Numbered from the stretch's first letter, positions 16,667-25,877 are shown. The stretch: DNA of 26,408 bases from a virus (IMGVR_UViG_3300011334_000072:1-26408); one strand, 5' to 3'. Numbers and translations are program-made. Notes: generated by a model from the letters alone, not told the origin.

Positions 16667-17629
16667 ATGGCATTTGTTGTAAGTTCATTAACGGATTACG
16701 CCAAAGAAAACGAAGCATTATTAGTAACATCTTCAGTTCTTGGCTCAAAAACTGCTTCTTTGATTAAGTCTCAAGGAAACGTTTTAGTTGGAGTAAAATC
16801 TTCTGAGAAAATTGGTATTATGGATACTGATGCTTTCTTTCAAGATGATAGCGACTGCGGTTTTAACGCATCAGGTACAACTACTTTCACTCAAAGAAGT
16901 GTAACGGTTGGTAAAATTAAAGTACAAGAGGCATTATGTCCAAAAGGATTAGAGTCTAAGTATTTACAAAAAGCATTATCAGCTGGTAGCACTTACGATT
17001 CAATCGCTTTCGCTGCTGATTATACTAATAAGAAGTCTCAAAGAATTGCTGCTCAATTGGAGACTGCTATTTGGACTGGAGATACTGCTTCTGCAAATGG
17101 TAACTTGAATAAGTTTGATGGTTTTGTTAAGTTAGTTGCTGCTGCTTCTGCTTCAGTTGTTCACGCTAACACTACTACTTATTACGGAACTCCTTTGGCT
17201 GCTTCTGCTGGTATCACTACTTCTAACGTGATTGCAGTATTGGATTCAGTTTATAAGGCTATCCCAGCGCAAATCGTTGATAAGGATGATGTTGCTATCT
17301 TTGTTGGAAACGATGTTTTCCGTACTTATACAATTGCATTGAAAAATGCTAACTTGTTTGCTTATACTTTTGATGGTGCTGCAACTGGAGAATTAACTTT
17401 GCCAGGAACTACTATCAAGGTTATTGCAGTTCAAGGATTGAACGGATTGAGCAAAATATATGCTGGTCGTGTTTCTAACTTATTCATCGGTACTGACTTA
17501 TTGAATGAAGAAGAGCAATTTGAATTATTGCACGACCCTTATGCAATGAACGTTAAGTTTATGGCAGCATTTAAGTTCGGTGTGCAGTTTGCATTCCCTG
17601 ATGAGATGGTTGATTTCATCCCAGCTTAA
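16667..17629 (+). CDS. Major capsid protein
   Basis: 320 aa following the protease and scaffold genes. IAAQLETAIWTGD...FDGF pattern, biased codon use (GCT/ACT/TCT), followed by a hairpin. Confidence 0.85.
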   Translation: MAFVVSSLTDYAKENEALLVTSSVLGSKTASLIKSQGNVLVGVKSSEKIGIMDTDAFFQDDSDCGFNASGTTTFTQRSVTVGKIKVQEALCPKGLESKYLQKALSAGSTYDSIAFAADYTNKKSQRIAAQLETAIWTGDTASANGNLNKFDGFVKLVAAASASVVHANTTTYYGTPLAASAGITTSNVIAVLDSVYKAIPAQIVDKDDVAIFVGNDVFRTYTIALKNANLFAYTFDGAATGELTLPGTTIKVIAVQGLNGLSKIYAGRVSNLFIGTDLLNEEEQFELLHDPYAMNVKFMAAFKFGVQFAFPDEMVDFIPA

Positions 17630-17648
17630 TAATCTTACAAATAAGTTC

Positions 17649-17685
17649 GGGGAGTATCGCTTGGATGCGACTCCCCTAATTTTAA
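17649..17685 (+). terminator. GC-rich hairpin after the capsid gene (weak terminator or stability element)
   Basis: GGGGAG(TA)TCGC-TTGGAT-GCGA-CTCCCC followed by an interrupted T tract (TAATTTT). Confidence 0.55.
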
Positions 17686-17705
17686 CATTTTAAAGAAAAA
17701 CAATT

Positions 17706-18227
17706 ATGGCTTGCGCATTAACTCAAGGATATTCTTTGGATTGCCGTGATTCTTTAGGTGGAATAACAGAAGTTTACTTTATTGAAAAGGGAAATATTAG
17801 TGCAATTACCGTTGCTTCGGGTTCGGTTTCTGCATTAACTAAAGTAGCTGGCAAGAGATTTTGGAAATATGAGTTAGTACCTGGTACTGCTTCTTTGACT
17901 GAAAATATCAATGCCAATGTTCAAAATGGAACGGTGTTTTACGCTCAAGAATTATCAATCGTTTTAAATAAATTACAAGTGTCAACAAGAAACGAAATTC
18001 TTTTGTTGGCTCAAAATACGTTGTTATGTGTTGTAAAAGACAATAATGACAATACTTGGTTGTTAGGTCGTGTAAACGGAATTAACATCACTGGTGGTAA
18101 CGGTGCTACTGGTACTGCTCAAGGAGACCGTTCAGGTTATACTTTGACTTTCTCAGCAACTGAGAAGGAATTAGCACCTACGGTAGCTTCAGGAGTATTT
18201 ACTGCATTGACTACTCCAGGCGCTTAA
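17706..18227 (+). CDS. Major tail tube protein
   Basis: MACALTQG...CRDSLGGI start, NGTVFYAQEL, VVKDNN and GTAQGDRSGYTLTF motifs; highly expressed codon bias. Confidence 0.75.
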   Translation: MACALTQGYSLDCRDSLGGITEVYFIEKGNISAITVASGSVSALTKVAGKRFWKYELVPGTASLTENINANVQNGTVFYAQELSIVLNKLQVSTRNEILLLAQNTLLCVVKDNNDNTWLLGRVNGINITGGNGATGTAQGDRSGYTLTFSATEKELAPTVASGVFTALTTPGA

Positions 18228-18249
18228 GATAGTCGTTTGGTTGACGGGT

Positions 18250-18279
18250 AAGGGGGGAGCAGATGCTTCCCCTTTTTTT
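18250..18279 (+). terminator. Rho-independent terminator
   Basis: GGGGGAGC-AGAT-GCTTCCCC stem followed by TTTTTTT. Confidence 0.85.
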
Positions 18280-18299
18280 ATATAAGAAATTTTGAGAAT

Positions 18300-18308
18300 G
18301 CTATTTAT
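18300..18308 (+). promoter_or_regulatory. GCTATTTAT motif, candidate phage late promoter
   Basis: Immediately downstream of the strong terminator and immediately upstream of the portal operon. Confidence 0.6.
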
Positions 18309-18313
18309 GATTG

Positions 18314-18700
18314 ATGATACATTTAATCAAAGGTCAAGTCAATAAAATAATTTTAACGTTAAGCGAGAAGGCAACTTTGACTTCGCCTAATTGGTTATTT
18401 TATTTTAAGTCAAGAAATACAAATGAAACGGTTGCTTTTGTAATTTTAAATAGCGCCGATTTATCGACATATCAAGAAAGATTTAATGCTTTTAATATTA
18501 CGGTAAATTCCTATTTTACGGGGAAGTTACCAGGTGAATGGTCATATCAGATTTATGAGCAAACATCTACTTCTAATTTAATCCCATCGCAAGCGACTTC
18601 AATGGTTGAAAGTGGACAAGCGACATTAAATGACACAAGTCAATTTAGTTTTACAACTTATAGCAACCAAACAAACACTTACAAAGTAAGAGATATATGA
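18314..18700 (+). CDS. Virion structural protein (neck / head-closure candidate)
   Basis: Beta-rich 128 aa (GEWSYQIYEQ, VESG) coupled to the portal gene by ATGA. ATG at 18314 or TTG at 18311. Confidence 0.6.
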   Translation: MIHLIKGQVNKIILTLSEKATLTSPNWLFYFKSRNTNETVAFVILNSADLSTYQERFNAFNITVNSYFTGKLPGEWSYQIYEQTSTSNLIPSQATSMVESGQATLNDTSQFSFTTYSNQTNTYKVRDI

Positions 18701-20550
18701 GCAATCAATTAATGGTTTTGACCTTTGCGGAGGCAAGGCAACCCGAATACAGAGAGAAGAAAGGCGAAGGAGAAGGTTACATTGAGTTCGGAAAAAAGAA
18801 TGATTATCCTAACTACTTGGTCGATTTATTTAATAAATCTGCTAAACATAATGCGATAATTAAAGGCAAGGTCAACTACATAACTGGGAATGGCTTCAAA
18901 ATCAAAGAGGGCATTGACCCTATTGGTGAACAATTCATCGCACAAGCCAACCGAGTGGAGTCGTTGACCGAAGTATTAAGAAAGGCATCCATTGACATTG
19001 AGTTATTCGGAGGTGCTTACTTGCAAATTATTTGGAGTGTAACGGGAGAAAATCTTGCTGAGGTTTATCACGTTGATTATACAAAGATTCGAACAAATGC
19101 TGACAATACTCAGTTTTGGTATTCAGAGAATTGGGAAGATAGAAAATATAAAAGAGAAGTATTTAACGGATTCAATTCTCAATTAAGACAAGGCACTCAA
19201 ATAATGTATTTAAAGGAATATCGACCTAACTTGAATGCTTATGCATTGCCAGGTTATTTTGGTGCTTTAAATTACGTTGAATCAGATATAGAAATATCTA
19301 AGCACGTTTTAGGTAATGCCCAAACGGGTTTTAGTGCAAGCAAATTAATTACCTTACCTAATGGAGAGCCATCGGATGACGAGAAGCGTCAAATTGAACG
19401 CAAGTTTACCGATAGGTTTACGGGTAGTGATGGCAAGAAGTTTATACTTTCATTTGTTAATGATGCTTCAAGAAAACCAGTCATTGAGGATTTAGGTGCA
19501 AGTGATATTACAAAAGAAGATTTCGGTAATGTAGATAAAATGATTCAGCAAAACATCTTTGCTGGTCATCAAATTACTGCTCCTGATTTATTTGGTATTT
19601 CTACTCCAGGTCAATTAGGAACTCGTCAACAAATGCGAGATTCATACGAGATTTTTAAAAATACTTACGTTAATGATAAGCAAATATTTCTTGAGCAAGT
19701 ATTCAGTTTACTTGCCAAATTACACGGTGCTAATAGTGAACTCCAAATCGTACCAGTCGAGCCGATTGGCATAGAATTTAGTGAATCTATTATTTTACAA
19801 GTTGCACCTAAGCAATGGATACTTGAAAAGTTAGGTATTGATATGAGTCAATATCAGGAAGCTAAAATAATTCCTGAGGTATCACCCGTAGAAGTCCAAC
19901 AATCAAAAGTACAATTTAGCGAAGATGATGTAATTAATTTATTTTCTGAATATGGAGTTCCAAAAAGTGATTATGTAGTTTTTAAATCAAAAGAGGTTTT
20001 TAGTTCAGTAGTTAATGAAGAAGAAGAAAAATTTCATTTAGAATTTGCTGAACAAGCATTATCAGGATTAGAGGCTAACATATTAGATTTAATTCAAAAA
20101 GATAAAAGAATAACTCCTGAAGTTATTGCTGGAAGTCTTGGAGTAGATTTATTAATTATTACCCGTGTTTTAGATGGGTTAGATAAACGAGGAATAATCG
20201 GAAGTTCAGTTTCAAGAGGAATAACTGAAAGAAAACTATCAAAACCATTATCGGAATTAAATGCACCAAAGCCGACGACTACAAGTTTTATGGTAAGGTA
20301 TTCTTACGAATGGAGAAGTGATATACCAAGTAGTGAAAGAGATACATTAGACCATCCAAGTCGTTATTTTTGCAAACGAATGTTACAATTAGATAGGTTA
20401 TATTCAAGGGCAGAGATTGAAACTATTTCAGCACGATTAGGATATTCGGTATTTGATAGGCGAGGTGGTTGGTGGACTAAGCCAAATGGTCAGCATTCTC
20501 CAAGTTGTAGGCACATATTCTATGCCCAAACTATTATAAAGAAAGGATAA
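18697..20550 (+). CDS. Portal protein with C-terminal extension (winged-HTH-like plus MuF-like Cys/His domain)
   Basis: FG..NDYP.YL..L...S..HNAII..K, D..LFGG.Y.QI, Y.LP.Y and I..GH.IT.P.LFGI portal motifs occupy the first ~380 aa. The extension contains ILDLIQKDKRITPEVIAGSLGV and SRYFC...SCRHIF. Confidence 0.85.
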   Translation: MSNQLMVLTFAEARQPEYREKKGEGEGYIEFGKKNDYPNYLVDLFNKSAKHNAIIKGKVNYITGNGFKIKEGIDPIGEQFIAQANRVESLTEVLRKASIDIELFGGAYLQIIWSVTGENLAEVYHVDYTKIRTNADNTQFWYSENWEDRKYKREVFNGFNSQLRQGTQIMYLKEYRPNLNAYALPGYFGALNYVESDIEISKHVLGNAQTGFSASKLITLPNGEPSDDEKRQIERKFTDRFTGSDGKKFILSFVNDASRKPVIEDLGASDITKEDFGNVDKMIQQNIFAGHQITAPDLFGISTPGQLGTRQQMRDSYEIFKNTYVNDKQIFLEQVFSLLAKLHGANSELQIVPVEPIGIEFSESIILQVAPKQWILEKLGIDMSQYQEAKIIPEVSPVEVQQSKVQFSEDDVINLFSEYGVPKSDYVVFKSKEVFSSVVNEEEEKFHLEFAEQALSGLEANILDLIQKDKRITPEVIAGSLGVDLLIITRVLDGLDKRGIIGSSVSRGITERKLSKPLSELNAPKPTTTSFMVRYSYEWRSDIPSSERDTLDHPSRYFCKRMLQLDRLYSRAEIETISARLGYSVFDRRGGWWTKPNGQHSPSCRHIFYAQTIIKKG

Positions 20551-20551
20551 T

Positions 20552-21133
20552 ATGAAGAATACATTATTTATAGGAGCAACGGCAATTAAAGAAAGGACTT
20601 CGGTTCATTCTAATATTGATGACAAATCTATACTACCTGAGATAAAAACTTGTCAGGATATGTATATTTTGCCAGCATTAGGTACGGCACTTTATACGAG
20701 ATTACAAAACGGAATCGTTGCTGCTAATTTAACGGCTAATGAAACGAATTTATTAGATGACTATGTAACTGATACTTTGGTTTATTACGTTTTATCTGAG
20801 TTGCCAGTAGGTTTATCTTTTCAGTTTTATAACAAAGGATTAGTTCGTAAGACTTCGGATAATAGCGACCAACCTAATATGCAAGATTTGATTGATGTGG
20901 CTAATCGTTATCGTTCAAGAGCAGAGTTTTATAAACAAAGAATGATTAAGTACTTGCAAGAGGTAAGCACAAGCAATTTATTCCCTGAGTATATTAATCC
21001 TGGTAGTGGAATCGATACGATGTATCCCGAAAAAGATGGTTATCAGTCGAGTATTTTCTTAGGAGATGAGAATAGCTTATTTGGAATGACTTATCCTCAG
21101 CACGTTTTAAAAAGTAAAGGACATTGTAATTAA
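20552..21133 (+). CDS. Head-tail adaptor-like protein
   Basis: Helical 193 aa after the portal gene, with QDMYI.P.LGT.LY..L, NKG and FPEY motifs. Confidence 0.6.
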   Translation: MKNTLFIGATAIKERTSVHSNIDDKSILPEIKTCQDMYILPALGTALYTRLQNGIVAANLTANETNLLDDYVTDTLVYYVLSELPVGLSFQFYNKGLVRKTSDNSDQPNMQDLIDVANRYRSRAEFYKQRMIKYLQEVSTSNLFPEYINPGSGIDTMYPEKDGYQSSIFLGDENSLFGMTYPQHVLKSKGHCN

Positions 21134-21137
21134 AAAT

Positions 21138-21272
21138 ATGCCAAAAGCATTCTCAACCAAAAACATAAACAAACTAATTGTTTATTTAAATAAAAATGGC
21201 AATAAAACAACTGACATTAAATCAAACAATCAAGCTGATAAGGGATATTGCCCAAAGCCACGACCAAATTAA
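21138..21272 (+). CDS. Small basic protein (44 aa), not in the ORF track
   Basis: MPKAFSTKNINKLIVYLNKNG...PRPN* starts 4 nt after the upstream stop with an AAATATG context and overlaps the next gene. Confidence 0.45.
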   Translation: MPKAFSTKNINKLIVYLNKNGNKTTDIKSNNQADKGYCPKPRPN

Positions 21273-21654
21273 TACGGTCTATTTTGGCGATGTGTGGGAA
21301 TTTCTTTCTCAGCCTGATAATGTTTACCCATCGATGTTCTATTCGTTGACTGGAAGCCAAATAAATGGCAAAGAATTAAGTATGTCATTTAGTTTATTCT
21401 TTCTTGATAGGCAACTTCAAGACGAGACTAACGAAACGGAGGTTTTATCTGACCAATTACTAATCTGCCAAGATATTATTTCAATGTTAAAGCATCCAAA
21501 TTTTAATTGGGAGATTGGCGAAGGAATTACATTAGAATTTTTTACTGAAAACGAGAAAGATTATTTAGCTGGAGTAAAAGCCGATATTACGGTAATTTAT
21601 CCAATGCTTTCTAATCGTTGTCAAATACCAACCGACTTTACATATCCAAATTAA
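21196..21654 (+). CDS. Tail terminator-like protein
   Basis: Acidic 152 aa with H.QI..V.FGD, YP, EVLSD...I..DI and AGV motifs. Confidence 0.6.
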   Translation: MAIKQLTLNQTIKLIRDIAQSHDQINTVYFGDVWEFLSQPDNVYPSMFYSLTGSQINGKELSMSFSLFFLDRQLQDETNETEVLSDQLLICQDIISMLKHPNFNWEIGEGITLEFFTENEKDYLAGVKADITVIYPMLSNRCQIPTDFTYPN

Positions 21655-21657
21655 GAA

Positions 21658-23733
21658 ATGGCAAATAAGAAAATAAACCAATTAGTCTCAAAGACTGCAA
21701 TTTTATCAACCGATTTATTTGGTATCGGAGATGCTACTACGGGGCAACTTTATAAAAAGACTATTGCTGAATTACAAGCTGCGATTGGTGGAGCAGTAAT
21801 TTCAGTAAACGGCTTAATTGGGACGGTTGTTTTGGATACGGATGATATCCAAGAATTAGTCACTCCGACTAATAAATGGTTTACGGATGCAAGAGCAAGG
21901 GCAGCGATTAGTTTAACGGTAACGGGTAACTCAGGTGCTTCGACTTATTCAAGTGGAACGGGTGTCTTAAATGTGCCTACTTACACATTGGCTGGTCTTG
22001 GTGGAATTAGTGCTTCTTTCTTATCGGGTACTTCGGGTATTTCTTATAATTCAACTACGGGCGTTATTTCGTATTCGGGTACGGTTTATACTGATGCTTC
22101 GATTCGTGCTTTGCTAAGTGGCTCAACGGGTATCAGTTATAACTCGACTACGGGTACAATTTCTTATTCGGGAACAGTGTACACGGATGCTTCGGTTAGG
22201 GCATTAATTTCTTTGACAACTACTGGAACGAGTGGCGCATCTACCTATAACAATACAACGGGAGTAATAAATGTCCCTAATTACACTCTTGCTGGATTAG
22301 GTGGTATTTCTTTGACTTCGTTAAGTGGAGGAACTGGCATTACTTATAATAATACTACGGGTTCAATTAGTTATTCAGGTACGGTTTATACGGATGCAAG
22401 TGTGCGAGCATTAATTTCTGCAACGGGAAACATATCTTACAACTCGACTACGGGAGTTATTAGTACTTCATTAACTCAGTACACGGATGCTTTAGCAAGG
22501 GCATCGGTAAGTCTTACGACTACTGGAACTTCGGGAGCATCTACTTATAATTCTACAACGGGAGTTTTTAATATTCCTCAATATCAATCAGTTTTAACTA
22601 ATCCAGTTACGGGTACTGGAACAACAAATTACCATACTAAATGGACTTCTAGTTCTGCAATTGGAGATAGTTTAATTTATGATAATGGAAGTAAAATTTC
22701 AATTGGAACAACAAGTCCTGAGGGATTAGTTACAATTAAAGGTACTTCTGCCCAACCTCCAACGAGTGGAACTACTGCAAATTCATTATTGCAATTAGTT
22801 GGTAGTTTAGGAAATGAATTAAATATTGGTTCAAATACGGTAACTGGAGGATATGGTTCATATATTCAAGCATCTGATAATAATCTTGCAGTACCATATC
22901 CATTATTATTACAACCTAATGGTGGCTCAGTTGGAATTGGAACAAATTCGCCAAGTTATTTACTAGATGTTAATGGTAATGGTGGCAATGCTTATATCAG
23001 GGCATATACAAGTGGGTCAGTTAATTTCTCTACATTATTATTACAAAATGGAGATGGGTCTTGGCACGTAACAAATGACGATACTGGCAAATTTAATATT
23101 GGAACTGGTAACGACCCAAGTGATTTGCAAAAATTTACGATTACTCCATCTGGCAACGTGGGCGTGGGAACGACTACGCCTTCAACAAAATTACACGTTG
23201 CTGGTGCAAATCCTGAAGTAAGAATTGACGCTACTACTGGAGCAGAATCAAGATTATCATATTATGATAATGGAGTTGAAAAATATGATATATTTCTTTC
23301 AGGTGGCAAATTACAATTTTATGGTGCAGTATATGGTAATTATTTTCAAACCGTTTTTACAAGTGGTAATATTGCTTTAAGTTCTACGACAGATAACGGC
23401 TATCGACTTTATGTGTCAGGTACAATTTATGCAACGGGCAATATAACTGCAAACTCCGATTTAACATTAAAGAAAAACTTAAAATTAATTGACAATCCAA
23501 TTGATAAATTGATGCAATTGAATGGATATGCATACCAATGGAAGTCTGACGATAGTCATCAATATGGAGTTATTGCTCAAGAAGTTGAAAAAATACTTCC
23601 GTATGCAGTTAGTACTGGTAACGATGGAATTAAAGGAGTTTCTTATAATCAAATTATTCCCGTATTAATTGAGGCAGTAAAAGAACAAAAAAAAGAATTA
23701 GAAGAATTAAGGAATATTTTAGCTTCTAAATAA
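21658..23733 (+). CDS. Tail fibre with C-terminal intramolecular chaperone (Peptidase S74)
   Basis: MANKKINQL start, SVNG..G.V.L, Ser/Thr/Gly repeats, GxVGIGTxxP repeats, SD..LKKN cleavage motif, GVIAQEVE..LP and V.Y..I..VLIEAVKE. Confidence 0.9.
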   Translation: MANKKINQLVSKTAILSTDLFGIGDATTGQLYKKTIAELQAAIGGAVISVNGLIGTVVLDTDDIQELVTPTNKWFTDARARAAISLTVTGNSGASTYSSGTGVLNVPTYTLAGLGGISASFLSGTSGISYNSTTGVISYSGTVYTDASIRALLSGSTGISYNSTTGTISYSGTVYTDASVRALISLTTTGTSGASTYNNTTGVINVPNYTLAGLGGISLTSLSGGTGITYNNTTGSISYSGTVYTDASVRALISATGNISYNSTTGVISTSLTQYTDALARASVSLTTTGTSGASTYNSTTGVFNIPQYQSVLTNPVTGTGTTNYHTKWTSSSAIGDSLIYDNGSKISIGTTSPEGLVTIKGTSAQPPTSGTTANSLLQLVGSLGNELNIGSNTVTGGYGSYIQASDNNLAVPYPLLLQPNGGSVGIGTNSPSYLLDVNGNGGNAYIRAYTSGSVNFSTLLLQNGDGSWHVTNDDTGKFNIGTGNDPSDLQKFTITPSGNVGVGTTTPSTKLHVAGANPEVRIDATTGAESRLSYYDNGVEKYDIFLSGGKLQFYGAVYGNYFQTVFTSGNIALSSTTDNGYRLYVSGTIYATGNITANSDLTLKKNLKLIDNPIDKLMQLNGYAYQWKSDDSHQYGVIAQEVEKILPYAVSTGNDGIKGVSYNQIIPVLIEAVKEQKKELEELRNILASK
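21880..22584 (+). repeat. Intragenic mosaic repeats in the tail fibre
   Basis: (Y/F)TDAxxRAxxS occurs 5 times, LTxTGxSGASTY...GVxNxPxY 3 times and I(S/T)YNxTTGxIS 4 times. The copies are diverged at synonymous sites. Confidence 0.85.
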
Positions 23734-25854
23734 ATGCCATTACAAGGAAGTGGAGAGATGACCTTTACTCAGGTCTATAATGAGATTACTGGCGAATCGT
23801 TGGCTAATCCTACTATCTCTATTTCCGTTGCTGAACTTGGTCAATTACAAAATTCTTCGGGAGATATAATTCCTTTAAATCAGTATTATACTCCTCGACC
23901 TGATGGTAGTCTTCCAACGGTATTTCCGACTGAATGGTATCTTTATTGTCAACGATGTAACCAACCGACTCCGTACATTACCATAAGTAAAAGTGCGCCA
24001 ACTTCGGTAAATCTTGATACACAATTTGTTTATGATATTGCATTAACTAATAACGGTACTTCTCCGACTGCTGGAACGATTACCGTAGTTGATACATTAC
24101 AAGCAAATCTTCAATTTTTAGGAAGTGGTGGAAGTGCATTTAATGTATCAGTAAACGGTCAAGTAGTAACGGCAACATATACGGGAGTAATTCCAGTTAA
24201 TGGTCAAATATCTTTATATATTTATGTTAAGACTACGACTCAAGGAACGTATTATAATTATGCTTCGGTAAGTGGTGGAGGAGAAACTATTACAAAGACT
24301 TCCAATACTACGACTACTGGTATTGCTCAAGTAACGTTTACAAGTTCAGTTACTAAACGATTAGTTCGTACCATCCAAAAGAATGATTGTGGCGCTTACG
24401 GAGTAGGAACTTTTCAAGAAGTTTATTCGCCTTTCTTCACGGCTACTTACACAAGTACTATAAGTCAAGCAGATGCTGATGCTAATGCAAATACCAATGC
24501 AACGGCTTTATGTAACCAATGGCTGGATGCTAATGGGCAATCAGTAGCAAATCAATATGGCTCTTGTCAGTATGGGTATCCTCAAATGACATTATCAAAG
24601 TCAATGCCAGGTGCATTTAATATAAATCAGTCAGGAACGGTAAGGATAGTGATGCGAATATTTGCAAATGCTACAAGTGGTCAAATAGTGATGTCAGATG
24701 TTTTGCCAACTGGATTTGAATTTGTGAGTATGGTTGATGTGCCAAGTCCATTTAATTCTTCAGTTAGTGGTAGAACGGTGACCTTTACAACTTCGACTTC
24801 ATTGCCGATTGATTATTACGCTGAATTTGCATTTACAATAAGAGCCATAGCATTCGGGAATTATGAAAACTTTGCTTCGGCTTATGGTGGTAATATAATA
24901 AATAATTATGCTCAAAGTAATACATATCAAACCTATGTATTTGGAGCGCCAAGTTTTTCATTTACTTCGAATGTTAATAATAATAGTTATGTACATCCAG
25001 CACCAATAAATGCAACTCCAACAGATGAGGCATATTATAACTATATTGTAACAATAGGAAATCAACCAAGTACTAATTCGACTTTATTAGCGTTAAGAAT
25101 TACATTACCTGGACATCTGAGAATTGTTGATCACGTTTCAGTTTTTATAAATGAAACATATTTTTATTATTCTCAAGGTATTGCACCTAATGAATTACTT
25201 ATATTTCAACAAAATAATGTTACCGTACCCGTTGGGCAATATTTATTTGCAGTAAGGATAAATTTAATTGCTGATTTTTATCGAATGTTTCCATATTCAC
25301 AACCTGAAAGCGCAAGACCTGGAGATAATTTAACCGTAAATTCTTCAGGGGCATTAGTTCCAAGAAGACAAATAACTAATTTTAAAGGTTTTGTTAGTGG
25401 AACTCAAGTTGATAGTAGGGATTCTTCAATAGATTGGGCAAATAATTATTCATTCTTACCTATATTTTCGTTATTTGATGGTAGAACTCCATCTAATACA
25501 AATGGATTAACCTGGTCTTATTCTATAAATGATATTAATAACTTCTCTGAGCAATATCCTATAAATTATAGTAATGGAAACTTCTTTGCTAATAATGTTG
25601 CTTATGTAATAAATCCGACAAGAGATAATATTACTGGTATTTTAAATACTGATTATCCATATCAAGATTCGACTAATTTTGGTATAAGAATTTATTATAA
25701 AATATTCCATCAGGGAAATCAAATAGTTTCAGTTTATCAAAATTATAATCCTTATGATGGAATAACTATTAACCGTGCATATAACGAGCCTAAATATAGA
25801 AATACAACATTCCAAATATATGTTAATGCTGATGGCTCATACATATATTGGTAA
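23734..25854 (+). CDS. Putative fibre-tip adhesin with two DUF11-like Ig domains and one DUF5977-like domain
   Basis: MPLQGSG start; ITISKS...Y.I..TNNG...TVVDTL...LQF and MTLSKS...MSDVLPTGFEFVS; QKNDC...G...YTSTISQADAD..A...NGQ..AN..GSC. Confidence 0.7.
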   Translation: MPLQGSGEMTFTQVYNEITGESLANPTISISVAELGQLQNSSGDIIPLNQYYTPRPDGSLPTVFPTEWYLYCQRCNQPTPYITISKSAPTSVNLDTQFVYDIALTNNGTSPTAGTITVVDTLQANLQFLGSGGSAFNVSVNGQVVTATYTGVIPVNGQISLYIYVKTTTQGTYYNYASVSGGGETITKTSNTTTTGIAQVTFTSSVTKRLVRTIQKNDCGAYGVGTFQEVYSPFFTATYTSTISQADADANANTNATALCNQWLDANGQSVANQYGSCQYGYPQMTLSKSMPGAFNINQSGTVRIVMRIFANATSGQIVMSDVLPTGFEFVSMVDVPSPFNSSVSGRTVTFTTSTSLPIDYYAEFAFTIRAIAFGNYENFASAYGGNIINNYAQSNTYQTYVFGAPSFSFTSNVNNNSYVHPAPINATPTDEAYYNYIVTIGNQPSTNSTLLALRITLPGHLRIVDHVSVFINETYFYYSQGIAPNELLIFQQNNVTVPVGQYLFAVRINLIADFYRMFPYSQPESARPGDNLTVNSSGALVPRRQITNFKGFVSGTQVDSRDSSIDWANNYSFLPIFSLFDGRTPSNTNGLTWSYSINDINNFSEQYPINYSNGNFFANNVAYVINPTRDNITGILNTDYPYQDSTNFGIRIYYKIFHQGNQIVSVYQNYNPYDGITINRAYNEPKYRNTTFQIYVNADGSYIYW

Positions 25855-25868
25855 AATTTTGGATAATA

Positions 25869-25877
25869 GCTATTTAT
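25869..25877 (+). promoter_or_regulatory. GCTATTTAT motif, candidate phage late promoter
   Basis: Exact 9-mer in the intergenic gap before 25903. Confidence 0.55.

Noticed and set aside
21658-25854. Diversity-generating retroelement target in the fibre or adhesin
   Set aside because: No reverse transcriptase and no adenine-specific repeat pair is visible in the window.
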